Made by a program: the position numbers and the translations under genes
From: Octopus bimaculoides
Taxonomy: Eukaryota
DNA length: 43,991 bases
Assembly: GCF_001194135.2 (NCBI RefSeq)
Contig: NC_068981.1
Coordinates: 11,637,243 to 11,681,233, forward strand
Reading direction: 5' to 3'
Notes under the pieces: generated by a model
What the model was told of the DNA's origin: nothing
The model's input: only the letters and a program-made list of their open reading frames with translations
Database searches by the model: none
In this document: positions 1-12,494 of the stretch, piece after piece
Position numbering within the stretch: position 1 is the first letter of the stretch
Layout of the letters: every line of letters starts with the position of its first letter

Positions 1-39
<39 letters not shown>

Positions 40-58
40 TGTATGTATCTATATATCA
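1..58. repeat. (AT)n microsatellite
   Basis: Nearly pure AT dinucleotide run at the window start. Confidence 0.95.
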
Positions 59-129
59 TAAAAAAATAACACAAACTCGTATGATGTAATTCATTAATGG
101 TTTGGATAAGAGCGGTGCTGTAGCAGATA

Positions 130-520
130 TTCTTCTTTTATTTTCGCATATCTTGAAGATTTCAAGAAAATCAGAATTTAAAGAATATCATAATAAGAAA
201 ACTAATAGAGAATAAAACTAATTCAGTCTTTTAAGTTGAACAGAGTTTCTATATCTCCAGTAAATGATTCAACAAGCCTCCTTGCATTTCTTTTATATTA
301 ACATGGAGTTTGATTACTATATTATATAGATTCAATTCATATAGATTTGAATGCCACATTGAAAAGATGTTATTGATTGCTTCCAAGATTTGCAATATAA
401 GCACTATTTCCTGAATTTCTGACGTGACGTCTGTGATGTAGTTTTTGTTACTTATAGAAAACAAAAAGCGGGGAAATACTAAAGGAATATGAATAATTGA
501 TATTTCTGTAACTGTCTTCA
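130..520 (-). pseudogene. Possible highly degenerate Penelope-like GIY-YIG C-terminal relic
   Basis: Manual minus-strand translation with several stops gives ...NKNYITDVT... and, in another frame, HRRHVRNSGNSAYIANL...HLF...YKRNARRLVESF. This loosely fits the PLE pattern YIG.T..R..EH...SA...H...R...ES. Very decayed. Confidence 0.25.
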
Positions 521-1018
521 ACAAGATAAGTATTCTTTAGTAAACAGTCTCAAGCAGTGTCTCGTATTAGAATCTAATACTCTTGAATAATACAACCCGT
601 AAAAATATGTTTGTAGCTATATGTAGGAATGTAAAAATTTGATTCTTTAAACGAATACTGAATCGAAGAAAAACAGATTATATTTATTATTAAAACTATA
701 AAAAAGTCCAAACGAAAAAAAAAAAAGGAAACAGAAATATTATTTGATTCAATCCTATATTCAACTCAAACGTCTAATCTTTTACAACAGCAAATTCCCT
801 TAGTCGGTTATGTAAACATTCTGCAAACCCTCATTTGTGATGCATGCTTTGCAATAATAACCATATTAATAACCTCTACGGCTACGCCTCAAAGTTGGTC
901 GTTCAAAGAATGAACATAAAAAGTTCCACGAATAGAATTATTCAAAATGTATTAACTCAGCCACATTATATGTCGTGTCCGCTGTATTGATGATAAATGT
1001 CTCCGTAAGATATAATTC

Positions 1019-1410
1019 GGAGGCGCAATGGCCCATTGGTTAGGGCAGCGGACTCGCGGTCATAGGATCGCGGTTTCGATTCCCAGACCAGGCATTGTGA
1101 GTGTTTATTGAGCGAAAACACCTAAAAGCTCCATGAGGCTCCGGCAGGGGATGGTAGCGAACCCTGCTGTATTCTTTCACCGCAACTTTCTCTCACTCCT
1201 ACTTCGTGTTGCTGTTGTGCCTGTAATTCAAAGGGTCAGCCTTGTCACACTGTGTGACGTTGAATATCCCCGAGAACTACGTTAAGGGTACACGTGTCTG
1301 TGGAGTGCTCAGCCACTTGCACATTAATTTCACGAGCAGGCTGTTCCGTTGATCGGATCAACTGGAACTCTCGACGTCGTAAGCGACGGGGTGCCAACAA
1401 CAACAACAAC
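1019..1410 (+). mobile_element. tRNA-derived SINE, family A, full length
   Basis: tRNA-like head (GGCGCAATGGCCCATTGGTTAGG A-box region; GTTTCGATTCCC B box) and (CAA)n tail. Flanked by a 12-bp direct repeat, AAGATATAATTC (1007-1018) / AAGTTATAATTC (1411-1422). Closely similar copies at 38337 and 41848. Confidence 0.92.
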
Positions 1411-1757
1411 AAGTTATAATTCACCAAGAGAATAAATTGAATAAACTGAGTTCAGATTCACAAGTAGGTACACAGGACACACACACACACACACNNNNNN
1501 NNNNNNNNNNNNNNNNNNNNNNNNNNNNNNNNNNNNNNNNNNNNNNNNNNNNNNNNNNNNNNNNNNNNNNNNNNNNNNNNNNNNNNNNNNNNNNNNNNNN
1601 NNNNNNNNNNNNNNNNNNNNNNNNNNNNNNNNNNNNNNNNNNNNNNNNNNNNNNNNNNNNNNNNNNNNNNNNNNNNNNNNNNNNNNNNNNNNNNNNNNNN
1701 NNNNNNNNNNNNNNNNNNNNNNNNNNNNNNNNNNNNNNNNNNNNNNNNNNNNNNNNN

Positions 1758-1788
<31 letters not shown>

Positions 1789-2249
1789 TATTTCACCATC
1801 AGTTGAAGACTAATACAAATTCATTTTCTTAAAAGGTTTCTGTTTAGTAAAAACGAATTCAAGTAATTACTAGGTCATTGGCCAACGGTGAAGACTGCAA
1901 TATCACACATTATAAAGATATATGTTTTATCGTTTTGCAAACACTTTGGGCATGGTTACTGAAATCCAGAGATTACATGCGCAAACTTCTCTTCTCTTTT
2001 AACACACTGTCTACATATAACCAAGATACTTTCTTATATTATACTTTTACAGATATATCTTCTTTACACTGTTAGATGCTATACGCCCAAGACAATACCC
2101 TAGCCTCAATCTACCAAATTTCCACGTGTAACCCGGAAATAACAACTAATCTCGATAACTTTCAGAACTGCACGCATTTTATTTCTTTCATCAAACATCT
2201 CGCTCCTTTTATCAAACTAACCTCGTCAGAATTAACTGCATATTTTTTA

Positions 2250-2467
2250 TACTCTTTATATTTTAGGCACAAGGCCCGAAATTTTAGGAGAGGGGACCAG
2301 TCGATTAGATCGACTCCAGTACACAACTGGTGCTTAATTTATCGATCCAGAAATGATGAAAGGCAAAGTCGACCTCGGCAGAATTTGAACTAAGAACGTA
2401 AAGACAGACGAAATACCGCTAAGCATGTCGCCCGGCGTGCTAACGTTTCTGCCAGTTCGACGCCTTA
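2250..2467 (-). mobile_element. tRNA-derived SINE, family B (Meta-domain-like core)
   Basis: Minus strand reads GGCGTCGAACTGGCAGAAACGTTAGCACGCC...GTTCAAATTCTGCCGAGGTCGACTTTGCCTTTCATC...GATAAATTAAGCACCAG. Similar copies at 8045, 31383, 31585, 35071, 39569 and 42745. The resemblance to the MetaSINE central domain is from memory. Confidence 0.82.
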
Positions 2468-2725
2468 CCGCCACACAACCTACTACGAAAAAGGTTCTTC
2501 AAGTTTTATCTGCAAATTCCTTGTTTTCCTAATTACCCTATGAAGATATACATTTGTCTGTTTGAATTTTCCAAAGCTGCATCATATGACAAATGCAGTT
2601 CTTCATTTTATGACAGTGGAAGTATTTACACCATTGAGTCTAGACTTTATTATTCTCTCTATCTTTCAAAATGTTCTCTTTGTCTTCCATTTAAAAAAAT
2701 CTGTTATATGACCACCATCTAATTC

Positions 2726-2950
2726 TCATACATTCATACATACATACATACATACATACAAACATACATGCATACATACATGCATATATACATGTATACA
2801 TACATACATACTTATATATATATATATATACGCATATATGCATACATATACAGATACATAAATATATATATATAATATAAATAATATATAAATGTATGCG
2901 TATATCCATGCATATATGTACCTACCTACATATATATGTATATATAGATG
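2726..2950. repeat. Compound (ACAT)n/(AT)n microsatellite
   Basis: Direct inspection. Confidence 0.9.
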
Positions 2951-3160
2951 CATATGTGGGTACAGGACATCAAAAAAACGTTGAACACAATGAGAAACGA
3001 AAACATAAAAAGAGAACATAGAAAACTAACTTTTTGGGAACAACGAACAAAACAGAGAAACGAGACATGCAACATAAAGAGTATACCCCTTCGTCAGTTG
3101 TCCCTGTTTCATCTACTCCCTGTTTCCTCTACACACACACACACGCGCACGCACGCACGC

Positions 3161-3201
<41 letters not shown>

Positions 3202-4995
3202 TATATATAACCTGTTGGGTTGATGTATCCTGACATTGCTGTGGTATATTCCTTCTTTCGTCACAATGATCGTGTACAGAGAAATACGAAATTCTACTGA
3301 AAAGAAAAAAAAAAAATTCCCTCTCAACTTCCATATAATTCAAATCATGAATGAATAATAAAATGTTAATTATCTCGTACTTCCTCAGGCTATATTTATG
3401 CTTTACATTTCTCCTGTCTCTGCAGAGTAGGTTACAAGTAATGACACATAACTGACGTAAGAGAGATTGTTGTTTGGAAAACGCTGGTTTGTTATGTTAT
3501 TTCACTGCAGTCGCCATGCAGCTGCTAGTTTCTTTTTTGTTGTTTTTTCTCAAAATTAATCGCGCTTACTCTTACTAGTCCAGTAATTTTATTTTGAATT
3601 TTGAAAATACTAGAGTTTTGAACTATATCATTTACTTTCCTTGCAACTGATGCGATCTATATACGGAACCAGTTGTTCTTCTCTTGCAATTTCCGATAGT
3701 AATCTTACTAATTAGTAATTAGTCTTTTGTTTCTCATGCATTTTATGTCCAATTGCGTAGCTTCAACGAGAAACACGCCGAGAAGAAGCTACTCTTGAGT
3801 AGACGTCGTGAATGCCCCATAACTTTTGATATAATCTATCGGAGGACCGATTTAACTTGCACCAAGTTCCATATAACCTGTCTAAGGCGACTGCTTTGTG
3901 GTTCATATGAAAGGGAAAGTTCCACAACTCCGAAGACAATCAGCTAACAACATACTGTAGAGTATGAGCTCGAGAGGTCGTAGTCACTGCGGTGCTCTGC
4001 TTGATCCATCCACCAATATTTCTGAATGGTAACACGCATTTCTGTAGTTTATCTTGTTGAGAGAGACAATATTCAGGTCATAGCCGGAAAACGCAGTCAG
4101 ATTAATTTCCATTACAGTAATATATANNNNNNNNNNNNNNNNNNNNNNNNNNNNNNNNNNNNNNNNNNNNNNNNNNNNNNNNNNNNNNNNNNNNNNNNNN
4201 NNNNNNNNNNNNNNNNNNNNNNNNNNNNNNNNNNNNNNNNNNNNNNNNNNNNNNNNNNNNNNNNNNNNNNNNNNNNNNNNNNNNNNNNNNNNNNNNNNNN
4301 NNNNNNNNNNNNNNNNNNNNNNNNNNNNNNNNNNNNNNNNNNNNNNNNNNNNNNNNNNNNNNNNNNNNNNNNNNNNNNNNNNNNNNNNNNNNNNNNNNNN
4401 NNNNNNNNNNNNNNNNNNNNNNNNNNNNNNNNNNNNNNNNNNNNNNNNNNNNNNNNNNNNNNNNNNNNNNNNNNNNNNNNNNNNNNNNNNNNNNNNNNNN
4501 NNNNNNNNNNNNNNNNNNNNNNNNNNNNNNNNNNNNNNNNNNNNNNNNNNNNNNNNNNNNNNNNNNNNNNNNNNNNNNNNNNNNNNNNNNNNNNNNNNNN
4601 NNNNNNNNNNNNNNNNNNNNNNNNNNNNNNNNNNNNNNNNNNNNNNNNNNNNNNNNNNNNNNNNNNNNNNNNNNNNNNNNNNNNNNNNNNNNNNNNNNNN
4701 NNNNNNNNNNNNNNNNNNNNNNNNNNNNNNNNNNNNNNNNNNNNNNNNNNNNNNNNNNNNNNNNNNNNNNNNNNNNNNNNNNNNNNNNNNNNNNNNNNNN
4801 NNNNNNNNNNNNNNNNNNNNNNNNNNNNNNNNNNNNNNNNNNNNNNNNNNNNNNNNNNNNNNNNNNNNNNNNNNNNNNNNNNNNNNNNNNNNNNNAATAA
4901 CATCCACCCCTCGGGGTCAGCCACATTTAAGTGGCAAATATACTTCACTTTATCGTGCAGTTACTGTTAATACCTCGTTCAGAGATTTAACATTG

Positions 4996-5042
<47 letters not shown>

Positions 5043-5080
5043 CTGATGTTGCAAAAGAAAGAAACAAAAAACACGAGCAG

Positions 5081-5113
<33 letters not shown>

Positions 5114-5147
5114 GCCGTCGTCATCGTCGTGGTCATCATCATCATCC

Positions 5148-5740
5148 ATATTATTATTGTTGTTGTTGTTGTTGTTGTTATCATTATTGAGTAGGAAAGC
5201 AGCGCATGCCATCAAAGTGACACTAGGGTAAAATGTACGAAGCTCAGTATGCCCATCTACACGTCTGATAAGGTTATACTAGGCACATGCATCACAACCA
5301 TATATGCGCGACGAAATGATCTTATATCAAGATAAACAGCGCAAGACCTTGCAGGTAGGATCCAGTTAGAATTTTGTGCAGGTCGAGTACCCCATCACGC
5401 CCAAAAGATCCTTCAATAAGAATTGCTTAAGGATGATGAACAAAACACCCATGTTCCCAATGGGGAATTATCCAAACCCCAAGGAATTCCTCTCAATACA
5501 TGGCTATGATGCTCCCCTATTACTTCCGCTAGTGATCAGAGATGCACGTATCGTCAACCACTTAAGGATATGCTAAACTAGTAATGGTTAAACAACTGAC
5601 AAGCAAATCTGTGGTATTGAGCAGAATATTTGCTGTAGCTCGTCTTTTATACCAAGGCACAACAATGTACATGATAAGACTTCCAATCAGTTAAGATCAG
5701 AAGCCATGAGAGCCACTGCCTGGTGCTGCGTCCGGGCATT
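5148..5740 (-). mobile_element. Unclassified interspersed repeat, probable retroelement 3' end with (AAT/AAC)n tail
   Basis: About 550 bp, richer in GC than its flanks, ending on the minus strand in (AAT)/(AAC) repeats and bounded by a (CTT)n run on the other side. Recalled as a common octopus repeat, but there is only one copy here and no coding motif was found. Confidence 0.4.
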
Positions 5741-5809
5741 TCTTCTTCTTCTTCTTCTTCTTCTTCTTCTTCTTCTTCTTCTTCTTCTTCTTCTTCTTCT
5801 TCTTCTTCT
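5741..5809. repeat. (CTT)n microsatellite abutting an assembly gap
   Basis: Pure CTT run up to the N-run. Confidence 0.95.
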
Positions 5810-7719
5810 NNNNNNNNNNNNNNNNNNNNNNNNNNNNNNNNNNNNNNNNNNNNNNNNNNNNNNNNNNNNNNNNNNNNNNNNNNNNNNNNNNNNNNNNNNN
5901 NNNNNNNNNNNNNNNNNNNNNNNNNNNNNNNNNNNNNNNNNNNNNNNNNNNNNNNNNNNNNNNNNNNNNNNNNNNNNNNNNNNNNNNNNNNNNNNNNNNN
6001 NNNNNNNNNNNNNNNNNNNNNNNNNNNNNNNNNNNNNNNNNNNNNNNNNNNNNNNNNNNNNNNNNNNNNNNNNNNNNNNNNNNNNNNNNNNNNNNNNNNN
6101 NNNNNNNNNNNNNNNNNNNNNNNNNNNNNNNNNNNNNNNNNNNNNNNNNNNNNNNNNNNNNNNNNNNNNNNNNNNNNNNNNNNNNNNNNNNNNNNNNNNN
6201 NNNNNNNNNNNNNNNNNNNNNNNNNNNNNNNNNNNNNNNNNNNNNNNNNNNNNNNNNNNNNNNNNNNNNNNNNNNNNNNNNNNNNNNNNNNNNNNNNNNN
6301 NNNNNNNNNNNNNNNNNNNNNNNNNNNNNNNNNNNNNNNNNNNNNNNNNNNNNNNNNNNNNNNNNNNNNNNNNNNNNNNNNNNNNNNNNNNNNNNNNNNN
6401 NNNNNNNNNNNNNNNNNNNNNNNNNNNNNNNNNNNNNNNNNNNNNNNNNNNNNNNNNNNNNNNNNNNNNNNNNNNNNNNNNNNNNNNNNNNNNNNNNNNN
6501 NNNNNNNNNNNNNNNNNNNNNNNNNNNNNNNNNNNNNNNNNNNNNNNNNNNNNNNNNNNNNNNNNNNNNNNNNNNNNNNNNNNNNNNNNNNNNNGGAGAA
6601 TGATCCTTAAGGAATCTAATTTAGATTTTTTGAGGTGAAATCTTATGCTATATTGGTACCGATTACAAAGTTTACTTTGAAAAATTATATATATATATAT
6701 ACATGTATATATATATATATACATGAATTTACTTTCAAAACCCGTATAAGTGCATATTTGGTCAATTTCATGATAACCGTTAAGACACAATCTGCAAGCT
6801 GCTGGCTTTACTCACATGAAATTCCTTTCAGTCAAACAGGGAAAACTGGGAGTTAGATGTCATGTGAACAGCAGGCGAGCCTTAGTCTTCCAATGAAAAT
6901 CAGATATATTCAAGTACTTTTAGACAATTACTCAAAAGTCATTCCCATGCATATATCTGGTTTTGAAGGTATATTATATAGGTATATATGTATGTATATA
7001 TGTATATCGATGTGTGTGAGTCTTTGTGAGAGTATATAGAAATTCGAGAGATAACTACATAAATAATAGAGTGAAAAACAGTTAGAAATGCCGCTGTTGC
7101 TGCTGCCGCTGCTGCTGCTGTTAGTGATGATGATGATGTCGAGGAAACAGATATTTCTTCACGAAAACGAGATGATTGCTGATGAAATCAAAACACTTTG
7201 AACAGAGCAATGCGACAATCACCTTGCAGGAAAATTAAACAAAGAGCTATATAGACAAAGCCATATCATGTATGTGTGTTCTTGATGTATACATAAAAAT
7301 ACATATATATATATACATATACATACACACTCACACACTCACACACACATATATACATTTATTTATATATGTCTACACAGACGCATACACGCGCACGTTA
7401 TTGTTTATATATACATACACACTACATGCAACACACATACCACACACACTCACACACACTCACACACACACACATACATACATATATATTGTAGGTATAT
7501 ATTTTAACATGTATCCTTACATAAGTACCCACATGACTTTATACGCGTACTACACACTATAGAAGAAATGAATTATGCCAGAAGCGATGACCCAACCAGT
7601 GAAGACATATACGAAATTGGCTTTATTGTGAATTCTAACAGTAATTCATGACTGTTGTTATGCTCCATTTCGGTATTAGTACTGTTCATTATTCAATCTA
7701 TGTATCTATATGAATAGAC

Positions 7720-7729
7720 GTATCTGTAG

Positions 7730-7777
<48 letters not shown>

Positions 7778-8030
7778 GTCTGTCTGTCTGTCTGTCTGTC
7801 TTTCTGTCTGTCTGTCTGTCTTTCTGTCTGTCTGTCTAGTTGGTTGGCTGTCTGTCTGTCGGTGTGTATGTCTGGTTGGCTGTCTGTCTGTCTGGCTGTG
7901 TGTCTGTCTGTCTAGGTATGTATGTATGTATGCATGTGTATGTATGTATGTGTGCATGTATGTATGTATGTATGTATCTATCTCTCTCTCTCTCTCTCTC
8001 TATCTATCTTTCTGTCTATATATGTATGTA
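7720..8030. repeat. Compound microsatellite (TATC)n-(TGTC)n-(TATG)n-(TC)n
   Basis: Direct inspection; successive motifs differ by one base. Confidence 0.92.
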
Positions 8031-8044
8031 TCAATGTTTCTTAG

Positions 8045-8163
8045 TTCTTTACTGCCCACTAGGGGCTACAGGCAGAGGGGACAAACAAGGATTAACAAAC
8101 GATTATATCGACCCCAGTGCGTAACTGGTATTTATTTAATCAATCCCGAAAGGATGAAAGGCA
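8045..8163 (-). mobile_element. SINE family B 3' fragment, alternative-tail subtype
   Basis: Shares GAAAGGATGAAAGGCA and ATCGACCCCAGTGCGTAACTGGTA with family B. Its tail (TTCTTTACTGCCCACTAGGGGC...GAGGGGACA) matches 31585-31684. Confidence 0.7.
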
Positions 8164-8879
8164 TATATATTTTTCCGTTTGTATGTATACATGCATGCAA
8201 ATGTGAGTTTTGTCGGCATGTGTGTATATTTATGTATATACATGCACACGTGCACTCACTCTCTCATATGTCGATGCATGTACACCTGTATAGTCATTTC
8301 TTGTAATCCATTATTTCAGTGGTAGCTAGATACATAACAACATATCAGAATTAACCGTTTTGCTTTTCTTGACAATTTAGGACCGTGCATGACAACTATA
8401 TGAGGTACGCTTGATACTTACATATATACATTTCTAGATGTACATACAAACAGACATATACATATAAGTATTTTATCCGACCGTTATTAATTGATAAACA
8501 GTATTACTGTACTTATACCATACCTAAAAGGGGTTGCACGCAGCTGTACATAAAACAGAGGATCCATGACGAACTTCCATAACATATGACATTCTCTGTG
8601 CCAATGCGAACAATAAATAAGCGGAAACATAATTTTTGCACGGCAGATTTTATACGATATTGCAGTTATTACATATTTCAGATAAGCTATCGCGTCCAAA
8701 TTTTTGCCATATATTTGTATTTCCAAGAAATTATGCTTTGAGCCAGAATTCAAAACTTCCTGATGAAGTGGATTTCAGAGGAGAGAACTTGTTCAGTAGC
8801 CCTCTGTATCTATTCTCCCAACATTCATGAATTATTTACTATATTCCATTCTAATGTTACGCTCAAAGTTGTTTTCTTC

Positions 8880-9345
8880 TTAGTTCTCTGCTACATCTTG
8901 AACTCACAAAGCAAAGACATATTCTTACATTTAACCTCATTACACTTGTTACTCATGCACCAGTTATGCCTTATAGGTGGTCATTTAGTTTTATACCATA
9001 GTAGTCTAATACGCTAGTCGGTTGCTTTTCTAGGACGCTAAATATTTATCCAATGTCACGGCCACTTAGTGTTTCAGTTGGGTGAGTTGAACGTCACAGC
9101 CAGTTGAATGCTTAATAGCATCGCTGGTGTTATTACCCTGTGAGTCTTGTGCATTCTCTTTCTTTTTTGTATCTTGCATCGTTAGTTTCTTCTTGTCATT
9201 GATAAACAAAACAGCATGAAACGGTATGGTGTTTCTATAAATTTCAAAGAAATTTTAAAATAGACTACAATTCGTTTTATGTTTCAAGTATGTTTTCCAC
9301 CGTCAAAGCCAATATATTCCTACTTCTAACGCGTGACGAATAAAT
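8880..9345. repeat. Dispersed ~470-bp repeat F, copy 1
   Basis: Colinear with 14413-14911. A 33-bp block is identical (9125-9157 vs 14679-14711). Confidence 0.85.
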
Positions 9346-9354
9346 ATCTGTTAC

Positions 9355-9387
<33 letters not shown>

Positions 9388-9763
9388 NNNNNNNNNNNNN
9401 NNNNNNNNNNNNNNNNNNNNNNNNNNNNNNNNNNNNNNNNNNNNNNNNNNNNNNNNNNNNNNNNNNNNNNNNNNNNNNNNNNNNNNNNNNNNNNNNNNNN
9501 NNNNNNNNNNNNNNNNNNNNNNNNNNNNNNNNNNNNNNNNNNNNNNNNNNNNNNNNNNNNNNNNNNNNNNNNNNNNNNNNNNNNNNNNNNNNNNNNNNNN
9601 NNNNNNNNNNNNNNNNNNNNNNNNNNNNNNNNNNNNNNNNNNNNNNNNNNNNNNNNNNNNNNNNNNNNNNNNNNNNNNNNNNNNNNNNNNNNNNNNNNNN
9701 NNNNNNNNNNNNNNNNNNNNNNNNNNNNNNNNNNNNNNNNNNNNNTTAAATAACAAGTATATA

Positions 9764-9934
9764 CTTCTACATTTAAGAGATAAGGAATTATGTACATCAT
9801 TTACATTTGACGGATATTTGTCCTCATCTCGATTGTTGTTTACACAACGTTCCGGCTGATATACCCTCCAGCCTTCATTAGGTTTCTTGGGGAAATTTCG
9901 AACCTGGGTTCTCATTCCTAAGATATTTATCGAT
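9764..9934 (-). mobile_element. SINE family D copy 1 (5'-truncated, hammerhead core mutated)
   Basis: Matches the 3' half of 12215-12494. Hammerhead region reads CTAATGA-A-GGCTG-loop-CAGCC-GGAA-CGTT-GTGT. Confidence 0.85.
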
Positions 9935-10091
9935 CTTAGTTTTTTTTATTATTGTTTTTTCTTCTTCTTTCTTCAAATTTTCTTCCATTTCTCGCCGAAT
10001 GTTTTCCGTACACCTAGGGCAGAGAAGCTCATTGTATACATTCCCAGTTTACACACGCAAATTCACTGGCAAAATACGTATTTAAAAAATG

Positions 10092-10225
<134 letters not shown>

Positions 10226-10550
10226 AATAAGAGGAGGAGAAATCTCCATCAAATGTAAATAATGGAAGTAATATAATAAGTATATGTTAAATTAATTTAT
10301 ATCTACATTGTCTCCATTATCTTATTCTAAATTTTCATATTCTAAATTTTGAATATACCTATTTATATCGATGAAATGTTTACGTAGTTATAGTGTATCA
10401 AACCAGTGTAACTAGGTTGATTTCATCCTTACAAGAGGAGTGCATATCCTCGTGTATATGTGTGTAATTTTTTGTGTCTGTGTTTGTGCATGTATGTATG
10501 CATGTGTGTGTGTGTTTGTGTTCGTGTGTATGTGATTGTGTGTGTGTTTA

Positions 10551-10587
<37 letters not shown>

Positions 10588-12214
10588 NNNNNNNNNNNNN
10601 NNNNNNNNNNNNNNNNNNNNNNNNNNNNNNNNNNNNNNNNNNNNNNNNNNNNNNNNNNNNNNNNNNNNNNNNNNNNNNNNNNNNNNNNNNNNNNNNNNNN
10701 NNNNNNNNNNNNNNNNNNNNNNNNNNNNNNNNNNNNNNNNNNNNNNNNNNNNNNNNNTTCTAACGAAAGGTTCACCGAATAATCACTTATATCACGTAGA
10801 AGGACTGTATGCATGGAAAATTTTCTCTGAGGGTTTGAGGAGATGAGTTTTGGAAAATTCATAGCACCCGATATCTCCCCCTCATAGCTTTCTGGAAAAT
10901 AGGTATTTTCTCATGAAATTTTATACAAATAGTTTTCAAACGGTGTAGATTATGATTTAAAAGAAATTTTTGGAAGAGGAGTTTTGACGGGGATTCTTTC
11001 CAACCTTTTTCACCAAAGTTTTCAGAATGTTGGGAGGCTTCCTTTCACGAAAAACAGAAAAAAAAAAAAAAAAATTTAAAATTTACTTTTTTCACCACCT
11101 ATGTCCGAAACGATTTTGGCCATTTTTTTCACTACGCACTTAAAACTCGAGAGAATCATTTTCGGCTTAAAAAAAAAATTGTTAACAGATCTGGCTGTTA
11201 TTTCTAGCACATCCCAAAACCTCCCTCTTCGTTTCTTTCTCATTCACACATCTATTGATATCTTTCATTATTTCTCACCCCATAAACACATTTTATGGAA
11301 TGACGATGTCAAAGTAACACACGTGTAGTCTCAACCGAGCGATGCCGTGTTATGTATGTGTGCGCAAGAAAAAAAAACACCTAAGAACATGTTTTGTGTT
11401 CATATTAATCTGTCAAATGTCACGCTTATTTGTTCACGCTATTTTGAATTATTCAGGTTCAAGGTGAGGTGTCCACAATACTTGCTTGTAATTTTGTATG
11501 TTTTTTTTTACGTACAGATGTCAAATTTTTGTCAGTAGTTGCTTTATATACCACTAGTTTATAGTTATGTAATTTTAGCTGATCTTGCTCAGTAAGGTTG
11601 TCTTTTATGGACAAGTAAATTTAATTAACAAGTGTAAAAGCAATAACTTTATGGATAAGACTAAAATTGAAATTCTTAATGCATCTCACCTGTTTGATTT
11701 CTTCCTAGAATTATCCCAGATGGCAACCGACGAAAAATTTGACACTTTTCAACATGAGGGACATTAATTTGAATGAATTAAAATACAGGCATAATCGGTA
11801 CAAGATTTTATTCTTTCGGTAAATATTTCGTAACCCGGTGTGGAATAAATTTTTGCATTGTTTTTTCCGGGTGCATTCAGTGTATTCATCCAAATCCGCC
11901 GCAAGCCACTTTTTTCGGGAAACAAAGGTTAGAGGGCTGGTGTGAACCTCGAAGTAACCCACAAAGGGAATTTTGTTTCGCGGGTCTGTTTTTTTTTCTT
12001 TTTCAGGTTATTTTGCATGATTTCAAAGAATGTGACATCGAAATCACGCGTAAACGGCTCCTTTTTACCAGAAAAAGCACAACGTTGGCTGCTATTTCTA
12101 GCATGTCCTGCTGCCATGTAACAACTATTTGTGTTCACACCGGAATATTTACCACCTTATTTTTTTTTTCCATTATGGAAGTCAAAACTTTATCTACATT
12201 ATTTGTATGCCCAC

Positions 12215-12494
12215 GGGAATATGGCGTAATGGTTAAGAGCACGGGCTACTAACCCCAAGATTCCGAGTTCGATTCCTGGCAGTGACCTGAATAATAATAA
12301 TAATGATAATGATGATAATAATAATAATAATAATAATAACAACAACATCGAAAAATACCTTAGGAATAAGAAACCAGGTTCGAAAGGCTGGAGGGTATAT
12401 CAGCCGAAACGTGTTAACAGCAAACAAGATGAGGACAAACATCCGTCAAATGTAAAAAAATGTACATAATTACTCATCTCTTAAATATAGAACT
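12215..12494 (+). mobile_element. SINE family D copy 2: tRNA head + (AAT)n + hammerhead-bearing tail (internal deletion)
   Basis: A box TGGCGTAATGG, B box GTTCGATTCC, then (AAT)n, then GGCTG-GAGGGTATAT-CAGCC-GAAAC (GAAA at 12406-12409). The CTGATGA segment is deleted relative to the other copies. Ends TATAGAAC with no poly(A) and no visible TSD. Confidence 0.88.

Noticed and set aside
1019-1092. tRNA gene (also the heads at 12215, 22852 and 42150-42224)
   Set aside because: No complete cloverleaf or T-run terminator. Each head continues into a SINE body.
3761-4110. Possible exon(s): acceptor-like TTGCGTAG at 3760 and several partly open frames on both strands
   Set aside because: No convincing donor, in-frame stops and no recognisable motif. 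A VELSLSYEPQSSRL resemblance to C2 domains does not extend.
11189-11212. TGGCTGTTATTTCTAGCACATCC resembling TGGCTGCTATTTCTAGCATGTCC at ~12086
   Set aside because: Only ~23 bp with no flanking similarity. It may be a repeat terminus but is too short to call.
12425-12452. Second hammerhead-like motif in the family D tail (AAGATGA-GGA-loop-TCC-GTCAAA)
   Set aside because: Both core halves deviate in all copies, so there is no evidence of a real second ribozyme.
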